Assembly (NCBI GenBank): GCA_030054035.1
Contig: JASGCS010000004.1
Location: 81,076-145,075 of the forward strand
From: Candidatus Methylacidiphilales bacterium
GTDB taxonomy: Bacteria > Pseudomonadota > Gammaproteobacteria > JASGCS01
DNA length: 64,000 nucleotides
Direction: 5' to 3'
Positions 1 to 9,276 of this stretch are shown in pieces. The notes below the pieces were generated by a model, which did no database searches, was not told where the DNA came from, and saw nothing but the letters and a program-made list of their open reading frames with translations. Position 1 is the first letter of the stretch, and every line of letters starts with the position of its first letter. The translations under genes and the position numbers were made by a program.

Positions 1-830
1 TACATTAACATAGGCTGGCAATGAGGGCAGTAGTATGTGCTCCTTGATGCCTGAGTAAAAACTTCAATGGCGGTGTGGCACATAGTACATGGCTGAGCTG
101 CTCGGTCGTACACTTGATGTGAGAAGGAAAAATACCCAAGCGTACCTTCTGGATTAGTAAAGGTGCGAATAGAACTTCCACCTTTGCGAATGGCTCGCTT
201 CATGATAGTGGTAAGTGCTTTAGTTAATGTTTGTAATTGTACAAGCGAGAGGTTTTGAGCGCTGGTGGCTGGATGAATGTTACTGGTAAATAACGCTTCG
301 CAGGCATAAATATTACCTACCCCAGCTACGATAGTTTGGTCAAGTAAAAAAGTTTTAATCGCAACCGAAGTTTTTTGTGCTTTACTGAATAAGTATCGAG
401 GGTGACATTGCGTTTGGTTAAATAAATCTGGACCAAGCTTGCTCAGAGAAGGTAGCGCATCAGACCCTTCTAGTGAAATCATTCCGAAGCGCCTGGGATC
501 GTTATAAATTAAATGCAGGAGGTTTTGAGCTTTAGTAAATGAAAAAATGCAATGGTCATGGTTTTTTTTGTTTACCTTGAACTCAATACGAACGGTTCCA
601 CTCATACCTAAATGAATAATAATAGTTTTGCTTGAGAAGTTTAGCAAGAGATATTTACCATGGCGCGAGACCGTTTTTAAGGTCTGGTGATACAAGGGAT
701 AAAACTCTCTAGTTTTAGGGATAGGTTTTCGTAGGGATAGTTGGCTAGTAGTTACTTTAAACAATGAAGCGTCAAGTAATTGTTTAGAAATATACTGTGC
801 GCAAACCTCAACTTCCGGTAGTTCCGGCAT
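1..830 (-). CDS. mutM: Formamidopyrimidine-DNA glycosylase (Fpg/MutM), 3' end runs off window
   Basis: Minus-strand ORF with ATG at 830..828 translating MPELPEVEVCAQYISKQL... (catalytic N-terminal PELPEVE motif). The C-terminal zinc finger C-x2-C-x16-C-x2-C (CTMCHTAIEV...YCPHCQ) lies at the window edge. It is absent from the supplied ORF track only because no stop codon falls inside the window. Confidence 0.85.
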   Translation of the reverse strand, partial: MPELPEVEVCAQYISKQLLDASLFKVTTSQLSLRKPIPKTREFYPLYHQTLKTVSRHGKYLLLNFSSKTIIIHLGMSGTVRIEFKVNKKNHDHCIFSFTKAQNLLHLIYNDPRRFGMISLEGSDALPSLSKLGPDLFNQTQCHPRYLFSKAQKTSVAIKTFLLDQTIVAGVGNIYACEALFTSNIHPATSAQNLSLVQLQTLTKALTTIMKRAIRKGGSSIRTFTNPEGTLGYFSFSHQVYDRAAQPCTMCHTAIEVFTQASRSTYYCPHCQPMLM

Positions 831-1704
831 GAGAAGGAGGGGTAAGTAATCTTTGATAGTCAGTTGGATTTAAAAAATACACAACTCCTGCTGCAATATC
901 TTCCCGAATCAATTGATCGTTTACAAATGAATCATATTTTTGCGTGGTACCATTCGCTAAGGTTATAGTAATAGTGACGCTTGGTTTAATCGGGGTTTGC
1001 TTAGTTATTTGTCGTGGCGCTACAGAGTCTGCGCTTATAAACGACACCGCATCAATCCAACTGTTAATGTCTTTCGCGGTAAGTTGTTTGTCCTCTCTGC
1101 CCGTAATGACATAATCAGCACCTAGTTTCTCTTTTGTGATTGTAAAATTACTTGAGAAGTTCTTGGTTGATTGTACTTCTATTGACATGATAGTTTGCTG
1201 AGTTGGAATAAGATTTTTGTCAAGCAAATCATAGGGGTTTTTTGAAATTAAACTAAAGCGATAGTTCTCGATCAGATAGACTAAATCTTGATAGCGGACA
1301 TAGCGCTGTTGAGTTACTGGATTTTGGTTTCCAAATGCGATTGAGTGGTTATTTAGTATAAGTGTGACTGTAGGTTGATTAAGAGCGTAGGTAGATAGGT
1401 TTAGGTTGGCTACTGACCCAATAGTATCTATAATAGTTGACTCAAGGTAGTTAGCTAGCTCTCGTAATTTTGCTTGATCGGCTCTGGCACTAAAGGGATG
1501 AGTGAGCAACCAGTCTTCTTTTTTTAAGAACTGTAATTTATTTTCCGAATAGGAGATAGTTAGTTCAGTTACCGTCACCCCTTTGGCTAGGCTTGGTACA
1601 GTTTTCTCATTAGAATATTGCACCCAGTACCAAATACTAACAGCAATGATTGCAATCAGTAAGGTGAGATTAAGAAGATTTTGTCGTAGGAGTTTCTTTA
1701 CCAT
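808..1704 (-). CDS. DUF4340-like membrane-anchored protein, last gene of an ABC/GldG-type operon
   Basis: 298 aa with a single N-terminal TM (LLNLTLLIAIIAVSIWYW) and no enzyme motifs. It overlaps the upstream GldG-like gene by 35 nt. ABC / ABC-2 / GldG / DUF4340 is a conserved order in proteobacteria. Confidence 0.5.
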   Translation of the reverse strand: MVKKLLRQNLLNLTLLIAIIAVSIWYWVQYSNEKTVPSLAKGVTVTELTISYSENKLQFLKKEDWLLTHPFSARADQAKLRELANYLESTIIDTIGSVANLNLSTYALNQPTVTLILNNHSIAFGNQNPVTQQRYVRYQDLVYLIENYRFSLISKNPYDLLDKNLIPTQQTIMSIEVQSTKNFSSNFTITKEKLGADYVITGREDKQLTAKDINSWIDAVSFISADSVAPRQITKQTPIKPSVTITITLANGTTQKYDSFVNDQLIREDIAAGVVYFLNPTDYQRLLTPPSHAGTTGS

Positions 1705-2947
1705 TGTGATATGCTCTTGAGCGTTTCCACCAGATCATCAGTCCATAGACAATGAAACCAAGCGCAAATATAAACAAGAACAATGATTTAAGTGGGGAAA
1801 TTTCATTTTCCATGGTTTGATCGGGTAACGCAGGGGTTTCAAGATTCAGTGAAGATACTTCACCCAGTACCGTATTGAAGAGGTTGTTAGCTAAGAGCAG
1901 ATTAGCACCGCTTTGTATATATTTATTCGCAAATATATCAGCATCAGAAACTATATAAACTTTCTGTTCACTGTCTGTGGAAGCTAAACTACGAGAAAAT
2001 TCATATCCAAGTACTGCACCTTGCTTGGTAACGATCATTTTTTTTGCAGTCCATGAGTTCACTGTAGAAGTTGTGATTTCGCGAGGCTGAAAAAATAGTA
2101 GAAACGTTCTGAGTTCTTTTGTAATAGGTAATTCTTGATTTCCAAAACCTATTACCAGTCCAGTTTTATCGGGATCGTCAAGTTCAATGAGAGTTGGTTT
2201 TTTCAAAGTAATCCCAAATTCTTTTTCTAAAAATTTAAGTAAATTATTTGTCGTGGTGTCTTCAAGCAAAAACAGTGCATTACCTCCTCGGTTAATGAAT
2301 TTTGCAAGTTGTTCTACTTCTTGTGGACGATAGTCGGTAGTTGGACCTGGGACAATAATACTTTTAACATTGTCAGCAAAATTTTCAAATTTTACCAGAC
2401 TATAGCTAGAAAGTTGCATACCTCGTTGAAATAGGATGTTAGCCAACAAACTATAATCATGAAGTTGTTCACCATTAATGGAGCGTTCGTTATGATCGGC
2501 TAGGAAAAATAAAGTTTCTTGTGAGCCACGCAGTAAACTTTGCAAGGCAATGGTAATTGCTCGTTCGGTAATGGCATTTTGAATTCGCCGTGCTGCCAGC
2601 TTGTGTTTAAGCACTAATTCTACTGGTGCGGTAACTGCTTCTGATTGCGCTAAGTCGGGTCTCTGTTCTATTGAGATAATTGAATATTTGAATAACGGGC
2701 TAGCGTCGGCGTAGCGCTGAAGCAGAGTTTCAAACCCACTGTTAGTGCTATTTTCTTTGTCAACATACAGTGTGATTGTAACAGGTTCTTTGTATTGGGC
2801 TAAGGTTTTAATGGTTTCAGGGCGCAGGCTTGAGATTTTGCTATAGCTGACATCAAGTTGTGAGGTGAGCTTAGGCGCTAGCTGCGATGAGAGCGCTATG
2901 AGTGCAATAATAAAAATATAGGTAATCAGATGTGGGATTTTTTGCAT
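1670..2947 (-). CDS. GldG-like ABC-transport auxiliary component (ABC_transp_aux family)
   Basis: 425 aa with an N-terminal TM, a large soluble domain and a C-terminal TM (LFLFIFALGFIVYGLMIWW), the typical GldG topology. It is operonic with the ABC-2 permease and ATPase, and its stop shares one nt with the permease start at 2947. Confidence 0.6.
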   Translation of the reverse strand: MQKIPHLITYIFIIALIALSSQLAPKLTSQLDVSYSKISSLRPETIKTLAQYKEPVTITLYVDKENSTNSGFETLLQRYADASPLFKYSIISIEQRPDLAQSEAVTAPVELVLKHKLAARRIQNAITERAITIALQSLLRGSQETLFFLADHNERSINGEQLHDYSLLANILFQRGMQLSSYSLVKFENFADNVKSIIVPGPTTDYRPQEVEQLAKFINRGGNALFLLEDTTTNNLLKFLEKEFGITLKKPTLIELDDPDKTGLVIGFGNQELPITKELRTFLLFFQPREITTSTVNSWTAKKMIVTKQGAVLGYEFSRSLASTDSEQKVYIVSDADIFANKYIQSGANLLLANNLFNTVLGEVSSLNLETPALPDQTMENEISPLKSLFLFIFALGFIVYGLMIWWKRSRAYHNGKETPTTKSS

Positions 2948-3717
2948 TATTGTTTTCCAGACAAACGATAGGATTCAAGATTTTGATAGGTAAGGATAAG
3001 AAAAGAAAAAGTCATGACAACAAAATATAAACCATGATTAAAAGAAAGTACACCTTTAAAAAAATCATCGGTGTGGTTACCTAGGCTCAACCATTGTCTA
3101 AGGGTGGTGAGAAATCCATCAGCGTTAATGATAGAGGATGAGATACCTATTAACCATACCAGCGCGATTGCTGAAAAAGAAGCTATCGCTATGGTGAGTG
3201 AATTGTTAAAGATAGTTGAACAAAATAAACTCACCGAGCAATAGAGCGATAAGATTAGTAACATTCCGAGACTAGCACTAGCTAGATGCAGGTAGTTTAG
3301 TTCAGTTTCACCCGCAAAATAAAAAATAATTGAGATTACTTGTAACGCGAGTATCAATAGGCAAAATAATAGAATGCCAAAAAACTTTCCAAGTACGAGC
3401 GATGGAATTGAAATAGGTGAACTTAATAAAAGTGTAATGGTGTTATTGGCGCGCTCCTCACCAAGTAATCGTATTGAGAGTAAAGGAACTATAAAAATCG
3501 CAATGAACATAAATATAGATAATGTTGGCGTCGCGAGTGATGAGGTAATCCCGATCGAGCTCCCACTTTCCACAATGCGGTCTTGCTGAGTTGAGTAGAA
3601 GTAGGTGTTAACAAATAAGAAGTACGAAAAAATTAGTTGTGTTATACCTATGATAATCCAAGCTAACGGAGTTTTAAAATTTCTTTTGAGATCTAATAAC
3701 GCAATGGTAAAAATCAT
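2947..3717 (-). CDS. ABC-2 type transporter permease (GldF-like)
   Basis: 256 aa, about 6 predicted TM helices with a short cytoplasmic N-terminus, typical ABC-2 exporter permease. It overlaps the ATPase gene by 4 nt. Confidence 0.65.
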   Translation of the reverse strand: MIFTIALLDLKRNFKTPLAWIIIGITQLIFSYFLFVNTYFYSTQQDRIVESGSSIGITSSLATPTLSIFMFIAIFIVPLLSIRLLGEERANNTITLLLSSPISIPSLVLGKFFGILLFCLLILALQVISIIFYFAGETELNYLHLASASLGMLLILSLYCSVSLFCSTIFNNSLTIAIASFSAIALVWLIGISSSIINADGFLTTLRQWLSLGNHTDDFFKGVLSFNHGLYFVVMTFSFLILTYQNLESYRLSGKQ

Positions 3718-4649
3718 GATGATGTCAGTTGTAAAAACACTGCCTCCACATTGGTATGCTGTCTTGTGATTTCAAGAATATTCCATGCATGGGTAACAGA
3801 ATGGGAAAGCAACTCGTTGTAATTGTCACTGTCTGCAGGTAATGGACTAAAGGTTATTTTGAATTGTGTGTCGGTTATGGCTTGTGCTGAAGTGATCGAT
3901 GGAAGATTTTGTAATTCAGCAAGGGTAGGGGGGTGTCCGAAGGTAACTAGTACCGTTGGGGTGGAAATGGCTAATTGCGATTTTTCTTTATCAAGGAGAA
4001 TTTCTCCGTTGTGAATTATTAGTATGCGATCGCATAACAATTCAGCTTCGTAAAGCAAATGGGTGGAGATTATTACCGTGTGTTCTTTGCGCAATTCTAG
4101 TATCAAGTCTCTGATATGTTGTATTTGCACTGGGTCAAGTCCTGAGGTTGGTTCGTCAAGTACCACGAGTGTTGGGCTATGAACAATTGCCTGAGCGATT
4201 GCGGTTCTTTGTTGGTAACCTCTCGATAATTGGCCGACAAGCTGGTCAGCTCTAGCGGTAATTCCACATCTATCCATGACATAGTTAACTGCTTCTTTGA
4301 TTTTATTCTTTTTAACTCGGCGAAGTGTCGCACAGTAGGTTAAATACTCTTGAACGGTTAGTTCTTTGTAGAGGGGGAGTTGATCAGGTAAAAACCCAAT
4401 CTGTTCTTTGCTTTTAATTGGCTGATCTCTAAGCGAATAATTGCAAATTGAAATAGTGCCTTCGCTAGGAGGTACAACACCGCAAATCATGGACAAGGTA
4501 GTGGTTTTGCCCGCCCCATTTAATCCGAGTAATCCAACTATTTGACCTCGTGATAATTGAAAGCTAATGTTTTTTACCGCTTGATTGTTGCCAAAAAACT
4601 TACTTAAATTATGACAAGATAATACTAAATTCTCATTCATATCGGTCAC
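3714..4649 (-). CDS. ABC transporter ATP-binding protein (GldA-like)
   Basis: Walker A GLNGAGKTT, signature LSRGYQQR, Walker B LVVLDEPTSGLD and an H-loop. The C-terminal extension is typical of ABC-2 family ATPases. Confidence 0.85.
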   Translation of the reverse strand: MTDMNENLVLSCHNLSKFFGNNQAVKNISFQLSRGQIVGLLGLNGAGKTTTLSMICGVVPPSEGTISICNYSLRDQPIKSKEQIGFLPDQLPLYKELTVQEYLTYCATLRRVKKNKIKEAVNYVMDRCGITARADQLVGQLSRGYQQRTAIAQAIVHSPTLVVLDEPTSGLDPVQIQHIRDLILELRKEHTVIISTHLLYEAELLCDRILIIHNGEILLDKEKSQLAISTPTVLVTFGHPPTLAELQNLPSITSAQAITDTQFKITFSPLPADSDNYNELLSHSVTHAWNILEITRQHTNVEAVFLQLTSS

Positions 4650-4666
4650 TATTATACATAAAGTTC

Positions 4667-5878
4667 ATGCTGTATACTGTGTACATGATACTTATAGATT
4701 TCTTATCCAATGGAATAACTGGCCTAGATTGGCCGACCGGGTTATTATTGACTGCGCTCTCATGTCATATTACATTATTAGGTGTTACGGTCTATCTGCA
4801 TCGTTGTGAGTGCCACTTAGCCTTGACGCTCCATCCAGCCGTCAAGTATTTTTTTAGATTTTGGCTTTGGCTTACTACTGCAATGTCAACTCGAGCGTGG
4901 GTTGCCATACATAGAAAACACCACGCTAGAGTAGAAACCCAAGATGATCCGCATAGTCCGTTTGTGTATGGAATTCGTGTGGTTTTGCTTCAAGGTGCGG
5001 AGCTCTATCGAAAAGAGGCAAAGAATCAAGAAACCCTAAATGAATATGGTCATAACACCCCAGATGATTGGTTAGAAAGAAATATTTTTTATGGCAAAAG
5101 AAATAGGTATGGGATTTTTATATTGCTAGGGTTATATATTCTGATTTTTGGTGCAAAAGGAGTAACCTTTTGGGCATTACAAATGATGTGTATACCATTC
5201 TTGGCTGCTGGAGTCATTAACGGCCTTGGGCACTATTTCGGGTATAGAAATTTCAACACTCCAGACGGTTCTACTAATATTGTTCCGCTCGCATGGATAA
5301 TTTGTGGTGAGGAACTACATAATAACCACCATGCCTATCCTAGCTCTGCAAAATTTTCTTTAAATTGGTGGGAGTTTGATCTTGGTTGGTTGTATATACA
5401 AGCATTACAATTTATTGGTCTAGCCAAAATTAAAAAAACAGTTCCTCGTGTTATGTTTGATTACAGCAAGCTTACACTTGATACCCAAGCATTAAAAGCC
5501 GTGTTTAATGCGAGAATGCATGTGGTGGCAAATTACATTCAGACGGTGATAAAACCTCTCCTCTCTCATGCAGAGTCTCAAGCTACTCATGAAGATAAAA
5601 TAAAATTACGCGCACTCAAGAAACAACTAATGGCGCGTGATATTTTTTCAAAAAAAATAGAACTTGATTCACTGTTAGTTCGCTACCCACGCTTATCGTT
5701 GGTATGGCAATTTAAGCAACAGTTGGATGCCATTTGGAATTCTAAATTTGAGAATCAAGAACGGTTGTTGGTCGCCATGGGTGATTGGTGTACTTCGGCT
5801 GAAAAATCTAATGTACCCGAGCTGAAAGGATTTGTCCGTATGCTCTGCGCCTATCAAGTTGAAGCACACTGGAAATAA
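4667..5878 (+). CDS. Membrane acyl-CoA / acyl-lipid delta-9-type fatty acid desaturase
   Basis: Three histidine boxes in the stearoyl-CoA desaturase arrangement: HRCECH, HRKHHARVETQDDPHSP and HNNHHAYP. Hydrophobic N-terminal half. Divergent from the ABC operon with an 17 bp gap. Confidence 0.8.
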   Translation: MLYTVYMILIDFLSNGITGLDWPTGLLLTALSCHITLLGVTVYLHRCECHLALTLHPAVKYFFRFWLWLTTAMSTRAWVAIHRKHHARVETQDDPHSPFVYGIRVVLLQGAELYRKEAKNQETLNEYGHNTPDDWLERNIFYGKRNRYGIFILLGLYILIFGAKGVTFWALQMMCIPFLAAGVINGLGHYFGYRNFNTPDGSTNIVPLAWIICGEELHNNHHAYPSSAKFSLNWWEFDLGWLYIQALQFIGLAKIKKTVPRVMFDYSKLTLDTQALKAVFNARMHVVANYIQTVIKPLLSHAESQATHEDKIKLRALKKQLMARDIFSKKIELDSLLVRYPRLSLVWQFKQQLDAIWNSKFENQERLLVAMGDWCTSAEKSNVPELKGFVRMLCAYQVEAHWK

Positions 5879-6233
5879 AAAAATTTTGGTCTCGGTGGAC
5901 TCTATTGAGCTATTTGTTCAATTAGGTGTGTCTCCACAAGAACGCTCAAAACCCCAACGAGTGCGATTTAGCGTAGTGTATATTCCGCAGTGTTATTTGG
6001 ATAGTGGGGAAGATTTAATTTCAAAAACAGTAGATTATGAAGGCATTGTGCAGATTTTACAAAAGCTTGCAAGCACTCATACCTTTCACCTTGTTGAATA
6101 TCTTGCCGAGCGTTGCGCGTATGAGTTATTTTCTAACTTTGAGCTAACCTGGATTAAAGTGACCGCAACAAAATTCAACCCGATGCCATCGGTTGAGTCA
6201 ACTACTGGGTATTGTGAATTGGGTGAAAATTAA
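5832..6233 (+). CDS. folB: Dihydroneopterin aldolase-like protein (FolB family); true start probably TTG 5886 or GTG 5895
   Basis: About 115 aa core that aligns with the FolB pattern (ILVSVDSIELFVQLGVSPQER...HLVEYLAERCAYELF...WIKVTATKFNP). The ATG at 5832 would overlap the desaturase by 47 nt, so a downstream alternative start is more likely. Confidence 0.55.
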   Translation: MSVCSAPIKLKHTGNKKILVSVDSIELFVQLGVSPQERSKPQRVRFSVVYIPQCYLDSGEDLISKTVDYEGIVQILQKLASTHTFHLVEYLAERCAYELFSNFELTWIKVTATKFNPMPSVESTTGYCELGEN

Positions 6234-6401
6234 TTACTTAATTTTGCCTTCTTTATAAGGCACATGCTTGCGCACGACAGGATCAAATTTTTTTAATTCA
6301 AGTTTTTCTGTTGAATTTCTTTTGTTCTTTATTGTTGTGTAAAAATGACCAGTTCCGGCACTTGAGACCATCTTGATTTTTTCACGAACTGATTTTGCCA
6401 T
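6234..6401 (-). CDS. rpmG: 50S ribosomal protein L33
   Basis: 55 aa, [55 protein letters not shown], too short for the ORF track. Its ATG overlaps the rpmB stop as TAATG. Confidence 0.85.
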   Translation of the reverse strand: MAKSVREKIKMVSSAGTGHFYTTIKNKRNSTEKLELKKFDPVVRKHVPYKEGKIK

Positions 6402-6637
6402 TATACGACAATTCCTTTTTTGCGTAACCGTACGATAATTTTTGCAATACCGAGTTTATCCACAGTCCTGATGCCACTAGCACTTAAGCGAAGTCTAACA
6501 AAGCGATTTTCTTCCTCGTACCAAAACTTGTGATGGTGAAGATTGGGAAGAAACCTCCTGCGACATTTATTATTAGCGTGTGAAACGGTATTACCCACTT
6601 GAACGCCTCTACCTGTAACTTGACAAACTCTACTCAT
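6401..6637 (-). CDS. rpmB: 50S ribosomal protein L28
   Basis: 78 aa, [33 protein letters not shown]..., classic L28. The rpmB-rpmG order is conserved. Confidence 0.9.
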   Translation of the reverse strand: MSRVCQVTGRGVQVGNTVSHANNKCRRRFLPNLHHHKFWYEEENRFVRLRLSASGIRTVDKLGIAKIIVRLRKKGIVV

Positions 6638-6661
6638 GATATGGAGGGTATTTTAACACAC

Positions 6662-7402
6662 CTATAGTTGAAGATGTCTACCACCATCTAAGGCGATAAC
6701 CTGCCCAGTGGTATAAGTGGCATGTTCTGCTAAATAATACGCAGATTGCGCAACTTCTTCCACAGTGCCAAGACGGTTTAATGGTATTTTTGGCAAAACT
6801 GCTTCTGGCTTTGTAGCGGGGTCTTGATTATGCTCTGCCCATAGTATCGTGCCAGGTGCTATAGCATTAACTCGGATATTTGGGCTGAGTTCAATGGCGA
6901 GTGATTGTGTGAGTGCAAGCAGGCTAGCTTTTGTAATGGAATAGACTACATGACGAGGCATGGGTCTAAATGCATGAATATCAATTATATTTATTATTGA
7001 ACCTTTAGTTTGAAGGAGCGCTTCAGTAGCATGTTGGCAAATGCAAAGTGGTGCATAACAATTAGTATCCATGAGTTCGTCCCAGTCAGCTCTTGTAATG
7101 GTACCGATTGGAGTGGGAAAAAAACTTGAAGCACAGTTAATTACTAAATCCAACCGCTTAAAATGTTTTAGACAAGTATCCACTAAAGCGATTGGTTGGC
7201 CTGGAGATTGAAGCTGGGTATTGATTGCTATAACTGAGTTTGGTTGCTTGTCATTAAGTGATCGGCTAAGCTCAGTTGCTTGAGTGTGGGATGTAGCGTA
7301 ACTAAAGCACACCCTGTAACCATGCTGATGAAAATGCTCTACGAGGGCTTTACCAATTCTTTTCGCACCCCCAGTTATTAGCATTACTTTTTCAAATTTC
7401 AT
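6662..7402 (-). CDS. Short-chain dehydrogenase/reductase, pteridine reductase (FolM/PTR1)-like
   Basis: N-terminal Rossmann motif ITGGAKRIGKA and the catalytic YxxxK (YSITK). It sits upstream of rpmBG near folB, and its family resemblance is closest to FolM-type SDRs. Confidence 0.6.
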   Translation of the reverse strand: MKFEKVMLITGGAKRIGKALVEHFHQHGYRVCFSYATSHTQATELSRSLNDKQPNSVIAINTQLQSPGQPIALVDTCLKHFKRLDLVINCASSFFPTPIGTITRADWDELMDTNCYAPLCICQHATEALLQTKGSIINIIDIHAFRPMPRHVVYSITKASLLALTQSLAIELSPNIRVNAIAPGTILWAEHNQDPATKPEAVLPKIPLNRLGTVEEVAQSAYYLAEHATYTTGQVIALDGGRHLQL

Positions 7403-7429
7403 TGTAATGGTTAGTATAAACTAGAAACC

Positions 7430-8515
7430 ATGAAACTGCAAAGCTTCGATCAATTTATGGAGCAATCTCTCTATTGCCCCAATGCTGGATACTATGATCG
7501 CGAAATACCAGTTATGGGTCACACAGGTGATTTTTTAACTTCACCACATCTATCACCACTTGTTGCGCAATCATTGGCGTATCAGTTCGCTCATTTGTAT
7601 AGAGAAGATTCTTCGGTTAGTATTGTAGAGTTTGGGGGAGGTACTGGAAAACTTGCGTTTGATTTACTTACCACGCTACAAACATTGGGTATTGTTACTA
7701 TTCGATACTTCTTAGTTGAAAAAACTAACGCAAGTATTTTATGGCAAGAAAAAACCCTTGCCCCATTTTTACCTCAAATTACTTGGTGTAAATACCATGA
7801 ACTTGATTCTATTGAACTGCCACCCAATGCTATGGTTGTATTCCATGAGGTGCTCGATGCATTTCCTGCAAAACGAGCCTTGAGAACGGATGATGGAGTG
7901 CTCGAGCAGTATATGCAAGAATCCAGTCCTGGAATATGGACAGCGATTTTTGCAGAAGCCTCTCGCGAACTTGCCGAAGCGAGCCAGATCAAGAATGGTG
8001 AGTTGCTTAATGCAATTCCTGAGGGTAATGAATTTGAACTTCGAATAAATTTAGCGCATACTCTTAATGTACTATTGCGGAAAATCACTCATGCCCATCT
8101 TGTCATTATTGATTATGGCGAACCAGCCACTTTCTATTATCGTCAAGATCGGTTGTATGGCACCTTAAAGTTTTTTCCCCCTCACTATAATTTAGCCAAA
8201 CTTCCTTTTGGCAAATGTGATATTAGTGTTGACGTTAATTTTAGTGAGGTTGCAGAAGCGTTGCAGTCTATCGGATATACTATTGAAATGTTTCTTCCCC
8301 AAGGTATGTGGCTATTAGAACATTGTTTTTCTTCAAAAGCCCCAAGCGTATCTCATACCAATTTGTTTGAGCAAGTTAAATATCGTACTTCAAGTGTATA
8401 TCTAGTTTCTCCCAGTGGGATGGGCGACCAATTTAAGGTATTAATTGCAAATAAAAATATTTCCACCCCTTGGTTAGATCGATTTGCTCGTTATGATTGC
8501 TCTGAGCGTCTATGA
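7430..8515 (+). CDS. SAM-dependent methyltransferase, MidA/NDUFAF7 (DUF185) family
   Basis: SAM-binding VEFGGGTGKLAFDLL motif and overall MidA-family length and pattern. Confidence 0.7.
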   Translation: MKLQSFDQFMEQSLYCPNAGYYDREIPVMGHTGDFLTSPHLSPLVAQSLAYQFAHLYREDSSVSIVEFGGGTGKLAFDLLTTLQTLGIVTIRYFLVEKTNASILWQEKTLAPFLPQITWCKYHELDSIELPPNAMVVFHEVLDAFPAKRALRTDDGVLEQYMQESSPGIWTAIFAEASRELAEASQIKNGELLNAIPEGNEFELRINLAHTLNVLLRKITHAHLVIIDYGEPATFYYRQDRLYGTLKFFPPHYNLAKLPFGKCDISVDVNFSEVAEALQSIGYTIEMFLPQGMWLLEHCFSSKAPSVSHTNLFEQVKYRTSSVYLVSPSGMGDQFKVLIANKNISTPWLDRFARYDCSERL

Positions 8516-9276
8516 CTGATACTTTTTTTAGCTATACGGTGCTGGCCATGGTGCAAGGCCTCTGTGAATTTTTACCTATCTCTAGCTCAGCGCATCTTGT
8601 ATTAATGTCAATGTGGTTAGAAATGCATGAGCATAGCTTAACGGTGGATGTTGCTCTGCACTTTGGTTCTCTCATTGCAATTATTCTATATTATAGAAAT
8701 GAACTTATCCAATTACGCGGTAACCCACACCTGCTCCGTATGCTTGGGTTGGCATTTTTACCAACCCTTATCACGGCACCTTTTATAGCTGAAAGTATGG
8801 AACTGTTTGGTAGAAACACAATTTCAATTGCAGTGATGCTTATCGTGTTTGCAGTGGTATTGTATTTAGCTACAAGGCGCCATGGTGTTTCGGGGCTTGA
8901 ATCTATCACAGTACCTATGGCCTTGTCTATTGGTGCTGCGCAACTGCTTGCTTTTTTCCCAGGTGTATCTCGCTCTGGAGTTACTATTTCTGCCAGTTTG
9001 TTTTGGGGAATTAAAAAAGAATCTGCAATTTATTTTTCATTTCTCTTAGCCATTCCAACCATTGCTGGAGTAACCGCATATCAGTTTTTTCAAGTCATCA
9101 GAAAGGGAGAACAACTTGATATACCTTTGATTGGTTATACTGTTGTGGTAAGTGCGCTAGTTTCATACTTTGCACTACATGCACTCGTAACAATTGTGCG
9201 TCGTATTGGCTTTTTACCTTTTGTAATCTATAGGATTTTGTTAGGAGCGATTCTCCTAACCTACGCGACTATTTAA
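8512..9276 (+). CDS. uppP: Undecaprenyl-diphosphate phosphatase
   Basis: BacA signature GLCEFLPISSSAHL near the N-terminus and eight TM segments. Overlaps midA by 4 nt (ATGA). Confidence 0.85.
   Translation: MTDTFFSYTVLAMVQGLCEFLPISSSAHLVLMSMWLEMHEHSLTVDVALHFGSLIAIILYYRNELIQLRGNPHLLRMLGLAFLPTLITAPFIAESMELFGRNTISIAVMLIVFAVVLYLATRRHGVSGLESITVPMALSIGAAQLLAFFPGVSRSGVTISASLFWGIKKESAIYFSFLLAIPTIAGVTAYQFFQVIRKGEQLDIPLIGYTVVVSALVSYFALHALVTIVRRIGFLPFVIYRILLGAILLTYATI

Noticed and set aside
3374-3589. Short ORFs on the strand opposite annotated genes, for example 3374..3589, 3823..4014, 7774..8088, 8691..8909, 12102..12545, 19498..19920, 22105..22386, 23561..23895, 29780..30179 and 62544..63158.
   Set aside because: All are embedded antisense in strongly supported coding sequences of conserved genes. 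Their translations are low-complexity with no motifs, and they are almost certainly shadow ORFs.
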